Part shown: positions 27,916-38,200 of the stretch, piece by piece
Layout of the letters: each line of letters starts with the position of its first letter
Numbering within the stretch: the first letter of the stretch is position 1
Origin: a virus
Strand: one strand, 5' to 3'
Virus record (IMG/VR): IMGVR_UViG_3300025011_000030
Span: 1 to 64,000 of that record
Length of the DNA: 64,000 bases
The notes under the pieces: generated by a model
The model's input: the letters and a program-made list of their open reading frames with translations, nothing else
Databases searched by the model: none
Told to the model about the DNA's origin: nothing
Program-made: the position numbers and the translations under genes

Positions 27916-28251
27916 ATGACTCAAACAATTAAAATTAACACTAGCTTTTTAAGTCAGTTAGCACAGGTTAAGTCCGTTGAAACTCCGTCCAGAAGAGCTA
28001 AAACAGAACGCACTGTTACGTCGAACAACGCGAGAAAATCTACAGTTATAACTGAAAATGATTTCTTGTCTACTCTTACGTTCAACCCTAACTGGCGGGA
28101 TAAGCCTGAATTATTAGTACCAACTGCCGGGGTATGTATGCGCCCTCCTCGAAAACGTAACCTTTACTGTGCCGACTGCAAGTATCACGAAGGTTGCACC
28201 AACGACGGTAAATGTGAACCGGCAGGTGCACCACCCAAGAAGAGAAAATAG
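27916..28251 (+). CDS. Hypothetical protein with Cys-rich C-terminus
   Basis: AGGAGG RBS before ATG 27916; CADC...C...C. Confidence 0.65.
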   Translation: MTQTIKINTSFLSQLAQVKSVETPSRRAKTERTVTSNNARKSTVITENDFLSTLTFNPNWRDKPELLVPTAGVCMRPPRKRNLYCADCKYHEGCTNDGKCEPAGAPPKKRK

Positions 28252-28260
28252 TATAGAGGT

Positions 28261-28307
28261 AAAATAAGGTCGCCTACTTAAAAATAGGTGACCTTATTTT
28301 ATATATT
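28261..28307 (+). terminator. Terminator hairpin fused with a putative phage-sigma promoter
   Basis: AAAATAAGGTCGCCTA-CTTAAAAA-TAGGTGACCTTATTTT-ATATAT. Confidence 0.7.
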
Positions 28308-28350
28308 GAGTGTCGCGAGAAAATTAAAATTTGAAGGGAGTCGTAACTAT

Positions 28351-28926
28351 GTGAGGAAATCTGTATTTCTACTAAGTTTGTTAATTGTTTTAATAGGGTT
28401 TCAAAGTTCTTCAACTCCGGAATTACTATCAACACCTGTAGCTCGTAAAACTGTTTCGGTTAGTCGCGAGCCTACTAACTATCTAAGTATACCGTTAGAA
28501 CCTCGTTATCAAGCACTTGTTAAACAATTAAGCGATACGAATGGGTTAGACTTTTTGTTGGTGGTAGCTATTGCAGGTGCTGAGACAGGTGAAACGTACG
28601 ATGTTAATACGGTGGGCGTCACAGGTGATTTGGGTTTATTTCAGCTGAACCCGAATTATTGTCAATACTTCGCAGAACAAGCTGAAGTAGTCAATGAACC
28701 GTTAGAGGCCGTACCTAATATCAAAATGGCTCTTTGTGAACTGACTCGGTTAAGGGACTTCTGGCAAGACAAAGGTAAACAGGGAGTTGACTTAGAGAAC
28801 TGTATTTTGTCTAGCTATAATAAGGGAATTGCTGGGTTTAATCGGTACGGTTATGCAGTACAGTATATATCCAAAGTAAATCGTGTTCGTACAGCATTAG
28901 TAGAGGAGGTTTCAAATGAATCCTAA
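28351..28926 (+). CDS. SLT-family lytic transglycosylase with N-terminal signal/anchor
   Basis: AIAGAET, GLFQLN, SYNKG; hydrophobic N-terminus. Confidence 0.75.
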   Translation: MRKSVFLLSLLIVLIGFQSSSTPELLSTPVARKTVSVSREPTNYLSIPLEPRYQALVKQLSDTNGLDFLLVVAIAGAETGETYDVNTVGVTGDLGLFQLNPNYCQYFAEQAEVVNEPLEAVPNIKMALCELTRLRDFWQDKGKQGVDLENCILSSYNKGIAGFNRYGYAVQYISKVNRVRTALVEEVSNES

Positions 28927-29564
28927 TTGGTTAAATCTTTGCCCGTCTTGTAAAAACGCTTGCAATGAGGTTCCTGTTCAAGAATACACTCAGTACGAGT
29001 TAGACCAGCCTAAAGCTGTACAGTATCATTTCGGTCGTATGTTAGATAATATAAAGACTCCATTAATTCGCCGAGTTACTGCAGGTACTAGAAACATGTC
29101 CGGCATACATATTTAAGGTTCCGGCATCCTCTAGCGGCAAGTATCATCCTCCATTTAGTTTGGGCCGAGAAGGTTTGATTCGGCATATCAAGGCGGCGGT
29201 TAAAATTGCAATAGCTCTTTTGGAGCACCCTTACTATGGGTTCACTCAGTACGAAAAAGACTTAATCGTTGGAGGATTGTTAATTCATGACTGCGTCAAA
29301 TCAGGTTTTGATTATGATGAATCAACTGGTAAGGTGCATACTATTGATGAGCATCCTATGTTAGTTGAACAGTTGATTAACGTTGACGGTTTAGTTGATG
29401 TTGATAAGTTAGTAGTGCAAACACTTGTTCAGGCTGTACGTGGGCATATGGGCCCTTGGCATAAAAACAAAATGCCAGAGCCTAAAACCCGGTTGGAAAG
29501 ATTTGTACATCATTGTGATTATATTTGTAGTCGTAAAATCTTTTTGGACTTTGATTTTTCGTAG
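28916..29564 (+). pseudogene. HD-domain phosphohydrolase, frameshifted near 29067-29090
   Basis: Second frame reads VPASSSGKYHP...GLIRH...LIHD...HMG...HHCD and has no start/RBS of its own. Confidence 0.75.
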
Positions 29565-29580
29565 AGAGGTGACCGAATTA

Positions 29581-30129
29581 ATGCACGTATGTATAGCAGG
29601 CCCAATGGGCTCTGGAAAGTCTACCACAGCTAAGATTATACAAGATACTCTACTGTTTGACGACGTGATACTGTTAAACCAAACGACAGGTATTAAAACT
29701 CTTATGGACGAGCTTAACTATCAAAAGTTACCTTCTCGTAAAGTTTATCAGGACGTTATGGAATATTTTCGTGAACTATGTGGGCCGGATTGTCATTGTA
29801 GGAGAACAGTTCAACAAGTAGAGAAGGCTGCCGGTAAGATTTGTGTGGTTGACGATGTTCGCCAACATAACGAAATGGCTGTATTCAAGGAGCACGGTTT
29901 CGTTTCAATTGGTATTACCGCGCCGGATAATTTAAGAGCCAACAGGTTATTTAATCGGGACGGGTACGACCAAACCCAGTTTTTTACTCACCCAAAAGAG
30001 TACGAGGCTATGCAAGTGGTTAAATCTTGTGATTTCGAAGTTACTAATAACGGTTCCATAGCCCAATTAAAAGCACACGTTCGACGTATTTTAAACTTAA
30101 TTCCCAAACGTGACCTCAGTACATCATGA
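29581..30129 (+). CDS. P-loop deoxynucleoside monophosphate kinase-like protein
   Basis: GPMGSGKST, VDDVR..NE, R..RDG, NNGS. Confidence 0.8.
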   Translation: MHVCIAGPMGSGKSTTAKIIQDTLLFDDVILLNQTTGIKTLMDELNYQKLPSRKVYQDVMEYFRELCGPDCHCRRTVQQVEKAAGKICVVDDVRQHNEMAVFKEHGFVSIGITAPDNLRANRLFNRDGYDQTQFFTHPKEYEAMQVVKSCDFEVTNNGSIAQLKAHVRRILNLIPKRDLSTS

Positions 30130-30548
30130 CGGTTTTAGGTTATTTTGACGGCGCTAACAAAGGTCAACCAGGCCCTGCCGGGATAGGTGCTCTTATAATC
30201 AAGGACGGAGTTATGATATGGGAAAAGGCGGAGTATATCGGTCTTAAAACTAATAACGAAGCTGAGTATATGGCTTTGTTAGCTGTACTCAAACAAGCTG
30301 TATATCTTGGTATTAAAGAAATAACTATTCGCGGCGATAGTTTATTAGTAGTTAATCAGGTCAATCGAAAGTGGAAGTGTGAAACGCCACATTTAAAACC
30401 TTTGTTGAAACAAGCTTGGGAATATTTAGCATATATTCCTCGTTATAAGCTAAAATGGATTCCTCGTACCCAAAATACTTATGCCGATGCTCTTAGTAAA
30501 CGAGGCCGCATTGAGTTAGCACCTAAGGAGGTTGGCGAGTTTGCCTGA
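30126..30548 (+). CDS. rnhA: Ribonuclease HI
   Basis: FDGA...PGPAG, TNNEAEY, GDS.LVVNQ, WIPR.QN..AD. Confidence 0.93.
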   Translation: MTVLGYFDGANKGQPGPAGIGALIIKDGVMIWEKAEYIGLKTNNEAEYMALLAVLKQAVYLGIKEITIRGDSLLVVNQVNRKWKCETPHLKPLLKQAWEYLAYIPRYKLKWIPRTQNTYADALSKRGRIELAPKEVGEFA

Positions 30549-32721
30549 AATTAAAGTATTGAAGAGGGATGGAAAAACATTAGCTCCATGGGAACCGGAG
30601 AAAATAACTAGAGCTGTAGAAAAAGCTTTTAAGGCTGTTAAAGTCCCAATCACTAAAGATAAATTAAACGTTATTACTTTTAGGGTGAATAGTACATTAG
30701 CGAGCGTTAATGCAATTAAGCCCAAGACTCGCCCACTTGTTATTGAAATTGAGTCCATTCAAAATACTGTTGAATATACTTTACGTGATATGGGTTACTG
30801 GGAAGTGGCTCGGGCTTATATTGTATACCGAGAACAAAGGGCTGATATTCGCCGAGGTAAGAATTTATTGCTAGACGTCATACAGGAAATTGATATTGAA
30901 GCCACCAAAGATAATGCTAATGTAGGTAACACCATGGCTGGAAAGGTATTACAAATCTCAGAGGCTGCCTCGTCTTATTTTTATAGTAAGCGGGTTATCC
31001 CTGAAGTATTTAGTACAGCTCACGATTCGGGTGATATTCACATACACGATAAAGCCTGGTACGGTAAAGGAATTAATTGTTGTCAAATACCGTATACCAA
31101 ATTAGCTCGTGAGGGATTTAATACGGGTCACGGTTTTATTCGGCCGGCACATAGTTTAAAGACGGCTGCTATGCACGCTAGTATTATTATTCAAGCTAAC
31201 CAGAACGAGATGTACGGAGGTCAGAGCTACCCTGATTTTGATAATCAGTTTGTCGCTACAGGTGTTCTTGACTATCAGCGAGGTAAAATACGTCGTGACT
31301 TACAATACGGTGCCGGCCTGGCAGGTAAGCAACTTGAAGAATTAAATACTACAGATGTTGACGTACAGGTAGAAAAAATACTTGACCACAAAGGTTTTCA
31401 AGCTATGGAAGCTCTAATTTATAACCTCAATACAATGCATAGCCGAGGAGGAGGACAAATTCCGTTTTCCTCGATAAATATTGGTGACGTACAAAGTGAA
31501 GATGCTGCTAAAGTTTGTGAATGGATTTTGAAAGCTTTTGAGGCAGGTTTAGGGAAGGGTGAGCAACCTATATTCCCTAATATTTGTTTCAAAATTAAAG
31601 CTGGAGTTAACATGTATCCAACAGACCCATATTATCTATTGTTTAAGTTAGCTCAACGGGTATGTGCGAAACGACTTAACCCGAGCTGGGTTTTCTGTGA
31701 TAGTAGTTTCAACAAAGGTGGCGACATTTCGTATATGGGTTGCAGAACTCGTGTAGTAGCCGATCGTCACGGAGAGTCTACTACAATAGAGCGAGGTAAC
31801 ATCTCATTTACTACTGAAAATTTACCTCGTTTAGCGCTAAAAGCTCTAAATAAGTTTCCTACTGACCAGCAGGCGAGGATTGAGTACTTCTTTGAACTGC
31901 ATAATAACATGTTGGAGCTCATTGTGCAGCAACTCCTACACAGGTTTCACTATATTTGTAATACGTTGAAAGCCAAAGATTTTCCATTCTTACTGGGTCA
32001 GCATTTATACCGGGATGCTGAGTTGTTGAAACCTGATGACAGTATTTACATGGCAGCTCGGCACGGTACTCTTACGTTAGGCTTTATTGGTCTAGCCGAA
32101 TGTCTGACAGCCCTTGTGGGTAGTCATCACGGTGAGGACGAGAATGCTTTATTTTTAGGACATAAGATTATATCAAGAATTCGGGGAGTAGCTGATGCTG
32201 CTTGTAACCAGTATGACCTTAATTTTTCAGTTATTGCTACGCCGGCCGAAGGGTTATCCGGTCGGTTCACTAAGCTGGATAAGGCCCACTTTGGACATGT
32301 AGTTGGAGTGACAGATAAGGACTATTATACAAATAGTTATCATTTGCCGGTAAGTTACAATACAAGTTTCCAACACAAAATAGCTACAGAAGGGCCGTTT
32401 CATAAGTACTGTAACGGAGGTCATATAAGCTATGTAGAGCTTCAAAGTATGCCTCCTGAATACAATTTGGAAGTTGTAGAACAAATCGTAATGAGTATGG
32501 CTGCCAGTGATATGGGCTATGCTGCAATTAACTATCCAGTTGATTATTGTAACTCTTGTGGTACATCTAATAACGTTATACCTCACAGTCAGCCGTGCCC
32601 TATTTGTGGGGAAATTGAAAACATTGACAGAGTTAGACGAATCACAGGTTACCTTAGTACATTAAACCGTTTTAATGATGCGAAAGTAACTGAGGAAAGC
32701 GACCGTAAAGTTCACGTATAA
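30532..32721 (+). CDS. nrdD: Anaerobic (class III) ribonucleotide reductase with ATP cone
   Basis: VLKRDG ATP cone, NCC, MGCRT, ATPAEG, YTNS, CxxC...CxxC, RRITGYL. Confidence 0.96.
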   Translation: MASLPEIKVLKRDGKTLAPWEPEKITRAVEKAFKAVKVPITKDKLNVITFRVNSTLASVNAIKPKTRPLVIEIESIQNTVEYTLRDMGYWEVARAYIVYREQRADIRRGKNLLLDVIQEIDIEATKDNANVGNTMAGKVLQISEAASSYFYSKRVIPEVFSTAHDSGDIHIHDKAWYGKGINCCQIPYTKLAREGFNTGHGFIRPAHSLKTAAMHASIIIQANQNEMYGGQSYPDFDNQFVATGVLDYQRGKIRRDLQYGAGLAGKQLEELNTTDVDVQVEKILDHKGFQAMEALIYNLNTMHSRGGGQIPFSSINIGDVQSEDAAKVCEWILKAFEAGLGKGEQPIFPNICFKIKAGVNMYPTDPYYLLFKLAQRVCAKRLNPSWVFCDSSFNKGGDISYMGCRTRVVADRHGESTTIERGNISFTTENLPRLALKALNKFPTDQQARIEYFFELHNNMLELIVQQLLHRFHYICNTLKAKDFPFLLGQHLYRDAELLKPDDSIYMAARHGTLTLGFIGLAECLTALVGSHHGEDENALFLGHKIISRIRGVADAACNQYDLNFSVIATPAEGLSGRFTKLDKAHFGHVVGVTDKDYYTNSYHLPVSYNTSFQHKIATEGPFHKYCNGGHISYVELQSMPPEYNLEVVEQIVMSMAASDMGYAAINYPVDYCNSCGTSNNVIPHSQPCPICGEIENIDRVRRITGYLSTLNRFNDAKVTEESDRKVHV

Positions 32722-32735
32722 CTTCAGGTTCAACA

Positions 32736-32767
32736 GCTTAAAAAGTGAGTAGGTGATTTTATATATT
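32736..32767 (+). promoter_or_regulatory. Putative phage-sigma promoter
   Basis: GCTTAAAAA...TTTTATATATT. Confidence 0.6.
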
Positions 32768-32794
32768 AAGTAGCTGACAGCTAACAAACTGACT

Positions 32795-32888
32795 GAAGGG
32801 AGTCGGTTATCATGTAACCTTATGCTGAAAGTATAGAAAAATGTTGTTTCAGCGAACTGAGGGCCGGGACTGTACACCCGGCCTTCCA
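32795..32888 (+). ncRNA. Candidate cloverleaf-like structured RNA (not a canonical tRNA)
   Basis: Closing GAAGG/CCTTC pair, four internal hairpins, ends TTCCA, directly downstream of a promoter motif. Confidence 0.3.
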
Positions 32889-32950
32889 TATTAACTAAAA
32901 ACTATTAAAATTGAACGAAAAGAGGTGTTATTACGAATATTAATAAAGTT

Positions 32951-33196
32951 TTGGATGAAGACGGTGACGAAGTAGAACAGCCTGAAGAAATAGTAACTCA
33001 GGAAATGGCCACAGGTGAATCGCCCAGGATGCTTACTTTATACGGTTATAATACATTTGAGTTAGTTAATGAGTTAAAGCGGCGCGAAGAAGTTAGCTCG
33101 GTGAACGTTTTACCGGGTACTGACTACATGTTAACATCCGGTAGTCGTAGTATTAAAAATACCGGGCCGGCAATTATTTTAGTAATAATAGATTAG
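32951..33196 (+). CDS. Hypothetical protein (true start may be about 32930-32933)
   Basis: ELVNELKRREEV...GPAIILVIID; GAGGTG RBS upstream. Confidence 0.6.
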   Translation: MDEDGDEVEQPEEIVTQEMATGESPRMLTLYGYNTFELVNELKRREEVSSVNVLPGTDYMLTSGSRSIKNTGPAIILVIID

Positions 33197-33234
33197 AAAC
33201 TTATTAGTAATAAAAACGGAAGAAGGTTGAATGA

Positions 33235-33702
33235 ATGCGTTACGAAGGAAGAATTGTGAAATTAAGTGACGGTTTAGTAGTTATACCACATACTTATTAC
33301 AGTAGAACAGACGACTACAGTTGCTCAGTATTAAAAAACAGTGATAAACGTGAACTATTTGTTGGTGATACAGTTATACTATCTACAGTTGAGTTACGTC
33401 GTGGCAACATACTGATTTTTTCACAATTGGGTGACATGGACAGCGATATTAAACAGGCTTGTAACAAATACTCAAGAGTACCTTTGTCACAGATTGTAGA
33501 AGAAGGACGTCGAGTATTAAAGCTACTTGAATCGTTAAACCTCGCTTCAGCCGAGTATTATTACGAAATGATTAAAGGCATTATTGAAAACTATTACGAC
33601 GCCGGTCGTGAGGTAAGTGAACGTCAACGAAATGCACTGACTATGGTAGTATGCCGGTATAGCTTACGCTGTACTCTTAAATTAGTAAAGCAAACTCAGT
33701 AA
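33235..33702 (+). CDS. Hypothetical protein
   Basis: 155-aa ORF followed by a terminator. Confidence 0.6.
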   Translation: MRYEGRIVKLSDGLVVIPHTYYSRTDDYSCSVLKNSDKRELFVGDTVILSTVELRRGNILIFSQLGDMDSDIKQACNKYSRVPLSQIVEEGRRVLKLLESLNLASAEYYYEMIKGIIENYYDAGREVSERQRNALTMVVCRYSLRCTLKLVKQTQ

Positions 33703-33778
33703 TAGCAACGGCCCTGTCGCCTACAGCGAAGGGCCTTTTTAATTTTAAAAATAATTCACAAATTTCATTAAAAAGTTC

Positions 33779-33860
33779 TTGTCTGAGGAACAGTTTAGGA
33801 GTATAATAGCTACAAGAGGAAAACAAAAAACTTAAAAAAAAAACAGGGAGGTCAAATAAC
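33779..33860 (+). promoter_or_regulatory. SigA-type promoter with GAGGAA boxes and conserved leader
   Basis: TTGTCT-17-TATAAT; AAGAGGAAAACAAA; GGGAGGTCAAA. Confidence 0.7.
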
Positions 33861-34547
33861 ATGATGGTAAACGTAACCTGCAAGCGTACAGGATTAGAAG
33901 GTATTGCAGTAGTAAATATAGACGGTTCTGCAACAATATCATTTGAAAACGGTTCAGTTAAAACCGCAACAGCTAGTACATTTAAGCGTTGGTACAAAAA
34001 ATCGGCCGTGATTGACAGTTCCGAATTTGTAGCTGTTGAAGCTACTGACGTTGAAGTTCAACTCGAAATACAGCCAGAAGTTGAAGTAGCCGAAGTTGAA
34101 GTAGCCGAAGTTGAAGTAGCCGAAGTTGAAGTAGCCGAAGTTGAGGTTACCGTTGAGGTTGCAGCGCCGATCGCGGTTGAATCACAAATTCAGGCCCAGT
34201 TAGTGGTTGCACCTGTAGTAGTAACCGAAGTTCCAATAAACTTAACTCAACCGACCGAAGTTATAATCAGCTTAGTTGGAACCGAAACTCACGTCACTAA
34301 AAAAGAAATCGTACATGTTATCCAGCGAGTACAGTTTGGCGAAAACATTATTGAGCTACAGTCACAGCAAGGTTTTATTCATGTAGTAAAATTAGTTGAC
34401 CGGGAAGGTAACTTAATTCACCGCAGTAATAAGGCTAGTTTAAAAGACCTGTTCGCAACTTACTTCGGTTACGACGAAGCCACTTCAAAGGCATACCGCA
34501 AAGAAATAACTAAAGTTCGTAAGCAAGCTGAAAAAACCGTACATTAA
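33861..34547 (+). CDS. Hypothetical protein with EVEVA repeats; N-terminus paralogous to 10834..10992
   Basis: VNVTCKRTGLEGIAVVNID...ASTFKRWY. Confidence 0.75.
   Translation: MMVNVTCKRTGLEGIAVVNIDGSATISFENGSVKTATASTFKRWYKKSAVIDSSEFVAVEATDVEVQLEIQPEVEVAEVEVAEVEVAEVEVAEVEVTVEVAAPIAVESQIQAQLVVAPVVVTEVPINLTQPTEVIISLVGTETHVTKKEIVHVIQRVQFGENIIELQSQQGFIHVVKLVDREGNLIHRSNKASLKDLFATYFGYDEATSKAYRKEITKVRKQAEKTVH
34077..34144 (+). repeat. 15-bp tandem repeat, 4 perfect copies plus a partial copy
   Basis: (GAAGTTGAAGTAGCC)4 GAAGTTGA. Confidence 0.95.
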
Positions 34548-34554
34548 AACTTCT

Positions 34555-34579
34555 ACCAGGTTTCGGCCTGGTTTTTTTT
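34555..34579 (+). terminator. Intrinsic terminator
   Basis: ACCAGG-TTTCGG-CCTGGT plus T-run. Confidence 0.8.
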
Positions 34580-34592
34580 ACTTAAATTTGAG

Positions 34593-34621
34593 TTGCATAT
34601 TACTATATAATATGTTAGAAT
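34593..34621 (+). promoter_or_regulatory. SigA-type promoter with a perfect operator
   Basis: TTGCAT-17-TAGAAT; first 25 nt identical to the 18419 site. Confidence 0.75.
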
Positions 34622-34654
34622 GTATTTACTCGGTTAAAAACGAAGAGGGTTAAG

Positions 34655-34861
34655 TTGATTGGCACCGATTTGTACGAAAATCAAGGCGAAAAGTACGTCA
34701 TATATGAACTTGAGTATTTGTGCAAGTACTATGAAATCGATGGATTAACGACAATATCTTTAGCTCTTGGTTGGACTGGAGATTCTGTTAAAAGTAAATT
34801 AAAGAAAATACGTAAGCAAGGTTTATACAAGTATTACAAAAACTTAAATAAATACCAATGA
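34655..34861 (+). CDS. Small HTH-like protein
   Basis: ELEYLCKYYE...ISLALGWT..SVKSK. Confidence 0.55.
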   Translation: MIGTDLYENQGEKYVIYELEYLCKYYEIDGLTTISLALGWTGDSVKSKLKKIRKQGLYKYYKNLNKYQ

Positions 34862-35003
34862 AGGAGGTTAAAAATGTTCAACGAAATTTCAGGTATTGTA
34901 CCTTTTACATGTATGCTCTTACCGTTGTTACTGGTTGCCAGTATTTTAGCCTTAGACAACTGCTGTGCCGGTCGTAAGATTCGTAGAAGGAGGTTATTTT
35001 AGT

Positions 35004-35300
35004 TTGTACGAACATGTTATTAAGCGCCCTGACGGAGTTAAAGTTTGTATACGAGTGATGCGTAATAGTAGTGCCACCTTCTATGTTGACAACATAGGAG
35101 TTATTCCTAAAGGTAAGCGTAAGTCCGTCTATGTGTTAGATCAGTTTAGCGATTACCGGTACAGAAGACTACCCTTAAACGAGCGCGAAAATTATAAGTT
35201 ACAAAAGTTTTTAGAGGTAGCTACTTTGGAGGAGTTAAATCAGGCTTTAGAGGCTGCTTGGCTGTCAATCAAACCTCAGCCGTTAGTTTCAAAAGTATAG
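35004..35300 (+). CDS. Hypothetical protein
   Basis: AGGAGG RBS before TTG 35004. Confidence 0.6.
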   Translation: MYEHVIKRPDGVKVCIRVMRNSSATFYVDNIGVIPKGKRKSVYVLDQFSDYRYRRLPLNERENYKLQKFLEVATLEELNQALEAAWLSIKPQPLVSKV

Positions 35301-35401
35301 TCAGTGATTTTATACTACTGTGCCGTTTGAACGACCTGTTTGGGCTATTATGAGGCAGCTAACAGGTCGTTAATCTAATTAATAAACATGGAGGTAACAA
35401 G

Positions 35402-35569
35402 ATGACTAGGAAAAAAGACCCGATTTCAAGTTTCAGGTCACTTTTGTATACGACTGCTAAGTTACTGGGCGATGTGAATGCGGTGCGTAAGGGTAAAGTT
35501 GGCGAGCGAATATGTCGTAGAGCGGCGGGTAAGGTAACCGGAAAGCTGCTGGGTAAACTTTTTAAATAG
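35402..35569 (+). CDS. 55-aa basic protein
   Basis: GGAGGT RBS; LYTTAKLLGDVNAVRKGKVG; below the ORF-track size cutoff. Confidence 0.65.
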   Translation: MTRKKDPISSFRSLLYTTAKLLGDVNAVRKGKVGERICRRAAGKVTGKLLGKLFK

Positions 35570-35602
35570 AACCTTAAAATCGTTATAGAAATGGGGATTG
35601 AT

Positions 35603-36687
35603 GTGAGTAAATTTGAATTGTCAATTTCACCTGACTATGTTCCTAATTGGACGGTCGTTGACGGTGTTCGTGAGCTTTTCCAGAATGCATTAGACCAACA
35701 AACACTGTTACCAAATAATGAAATGTTTTTCAGTTACGAAAACGAAATTTTAAGAGTAGGTAACAAAAGTTCTGTATTGGGTATAAACACACTGTTATTA
35801 GGAGCTTCTACCAAGCGCGAGGACGCAATACCATCGGTAAGTTCGGTGAAGGCTACAAGATAGCTACGTTGGTATTACTTAGACACGGTAAGCAAGTCAC
35901 GTTCTATAACTACGGTAATAAGGAAGTTTGGAAACCGCGGTTCGTTAACTCCAAAAGATTTGGGGCTCGGATCTTAACGTTTTTCGTTGATAAAAAATAC
36001 TTTTGGCAGTCTGTACCTGACAATAACTTAATCATTGAGGTCACCGGGATCACTCAAGAAGAATATTGGGACATTGTGAACTCTAACTTACATTTACAGA
36101 CGTTAGATCCGGACCGAGTGATAGAAACCGAGTTTGGCCGTATTATAGAAGACCCAAAGCTCACCGGGAATGTGTATGTCAACGGGCTGTTTGTTTGTGA
36201 CTATGCACCGTACAAGCTGTCATATGACTTTAAGTCGGCACATATCAATATTGACCGTGACCGGAAGTTAGTATCGAACTTTGATTTGGAATGGCTGGCT
36301 TCGCGAATGTGGGCTACTGTGGGCGGCCCTAAGGTTGTAAAAATGGCTCGTGAAGGATATGCCGATGTTAAATATGTGGGTAGTATGCCGGCTGAAGGTA
36401 ACCTTTTTACAAGTGCTTTGTTTGATTTTCGTTGTGAACACGGTGAAAAGGCTGTTCCGGTAACTACTCAGGACGAAATGGAAAAAGTCGCTCAAGGTTA
36501 TAAGCCGGTCATTGTTAGTTCGGCATATATGAAGTTAATAACTTCGTGCTCGTTATACCGTGAGCCTGACGCACCGAAGGTCACCGTTAAAGGGCGTCTT
36601 CATAAATGGTTAGAAGGTGTTGAGACTCGCTTGTATACAGAGGAAATTGCAGAGTTTAGAGCTATTTTAGTAGATATTAGCGAATAA
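35603..36687 (+). pseudogene. GHKL ATPase-domain protein, frameshifted at about 35825-35829
   Basis: VRELFQNALD in one frame; TIGKFGEGYKIA in the frame of ORF 35869. Confidence 0.8.
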
Positions 36688-36742
36688 CAGAGTAAGTTAA
36701 TATTAAGTTAAGTATGGAAAACCATCCTTAACTTTTTTTATT

Positions 36743-36773
36743 CTTAAAAATGCAGTCGCTTTTTTTATATATT
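36743..36773 (+). promoter_or_regulatory. Putative phage-sigma promoter
   Basis: CTTAAAAA...TTTTATATATT. Confidence 0.6.
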
Positions 36774-36807
36774 AAATTAAAACTGTACAGAAGTAGGTGG
36801 TTATTTT

Positions 36808-38200
36808 TTGACGAACTATGAGGATTTTTTAGAAAGTAAGAAGTTGTCTGTGGTCAGTTGCGGGTTTTCTGTAAATGAGTACAGTATTAATCCTAGTTTA
36901 AAATTGTTTTAGTCAGACATTGTTAGGTGGGCCCTCTACAAAAAGGAAAAGCTGCTATATTCGCCGGTACAGGGTTAGGTAAGACTTTAATGCAGTTAGA
37001 ATGGGCAAACAAAATACATCAAACTACGAACGGTGATATTCTTATTTTAGCGCCGTTGGCAGTGAGTCGTCAAACGGTGCGAGAAGGGATTAAATTTGGA
37101 ATAGAAGTTACGAGTTGTCGTTCTCAGGCCGATGTAGTACCGGGAGTTAATATTACGAACTACGAAATGTTGCATATGTTTGAATTAGACAAATTTATTG
37201 CAGTAGTTTTAGACGAATCGTCTATTCTTAAATCTTTTACGGGAAAAGTTAGGACTCAAATAATTGAAGCATTTAAACAAACTCCATACAGGTTGGCCTG
37301 TACAGCCACCCCGGCACCTAACGACCTGATGGAGCTTTGCAACCATGCCGAGTTCCTGGGCGTTATGACAAGAGCAGAGATGTTGGCTACATGGTTCGTC
37401 CATGACGGGGTGATACGTCTAAATGGCGACTGAAGGGTCATGTGACAGAGAGTTTTTGGATTTGGGTTGCTTCATGGGCTGTCATGTTACAGAACCCTTC
37501 AGATTTAGGTTACGAGGACAGTGAATACATGTTACCTCCACTTAACATTATACCTATTGTAGTACCTGTAAAAGGACGTAAAGCTACGACAATGACAGCT
37601 CGCAGGGAAGCTCGTAAAGCCAGTCTAGACCAACGGGTAGCTGCTTGTGCCAAAATTGTCAACTCTTCCAATGATTTGTCTTGGATTATATGGTGCGAAT
37701 TAAACGAAGAGAGCAGTAAATTAACGTCGGCTATTACAGGTGCAGTTGAAATTGCAGGAAGTCACGATGCACTGTATAAAGAAAAGAGTATGGAGGATTT
37801 CTCCATTGGTAACATAAGCCGTATTGTCAGAAAGCCTAAAATATGTGGGTACGGTATGAACTTTCAAATCTGTCACAATATGGCATTTGTAGGACTGTCG
37901 GATAGTTTTGAAAAGTATTATCAAGCAATTAGGCGCTGCTGGAGATTTGGACAGTTGAATCCTGTTAACGTGTATGTCATAACATCTTCATTAGAGGGTG
38001 CAGTAGTTAATAACATTAAACGTAAAGAAGCTGAGTTCAACAAAATGTTATCGGGAATGATAGCAGCAACTCAGGAAATAACTAAATCAAATATACAAAA
38101 TACTATTAAGGAAAGTTTACAATATATTCCGGTAGCGCCAATGTTACTACCGAGCTGGATTAAAACAGAACAGGAGTTTTGTAATGACAAACGTTATTGA
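36808..38200 (+). pseudogene. SF2 (SNF2-like) helicase with three lesions
   Basis: TAG at 36910; frameshifts at about 36934 and 37407-37410; GTGLGKT, LDESS, TATP, QAIRRCWRFGQ. Confidence 0.88.

Noticed and set aside
32795-32888. Canonical tRNA-Phe
   Set aside because: No TTCGA T-loop, only a 5-bp closing stem and an oversized variable region; kept only as a structured-RNA candidate.
34077-34144. 15-bp repeat as a mini CRISPR or phase-variation switch
   Set aside because: No spacers, and the unit is a multiple of three, so it only changes the length of an EVEVA linker.
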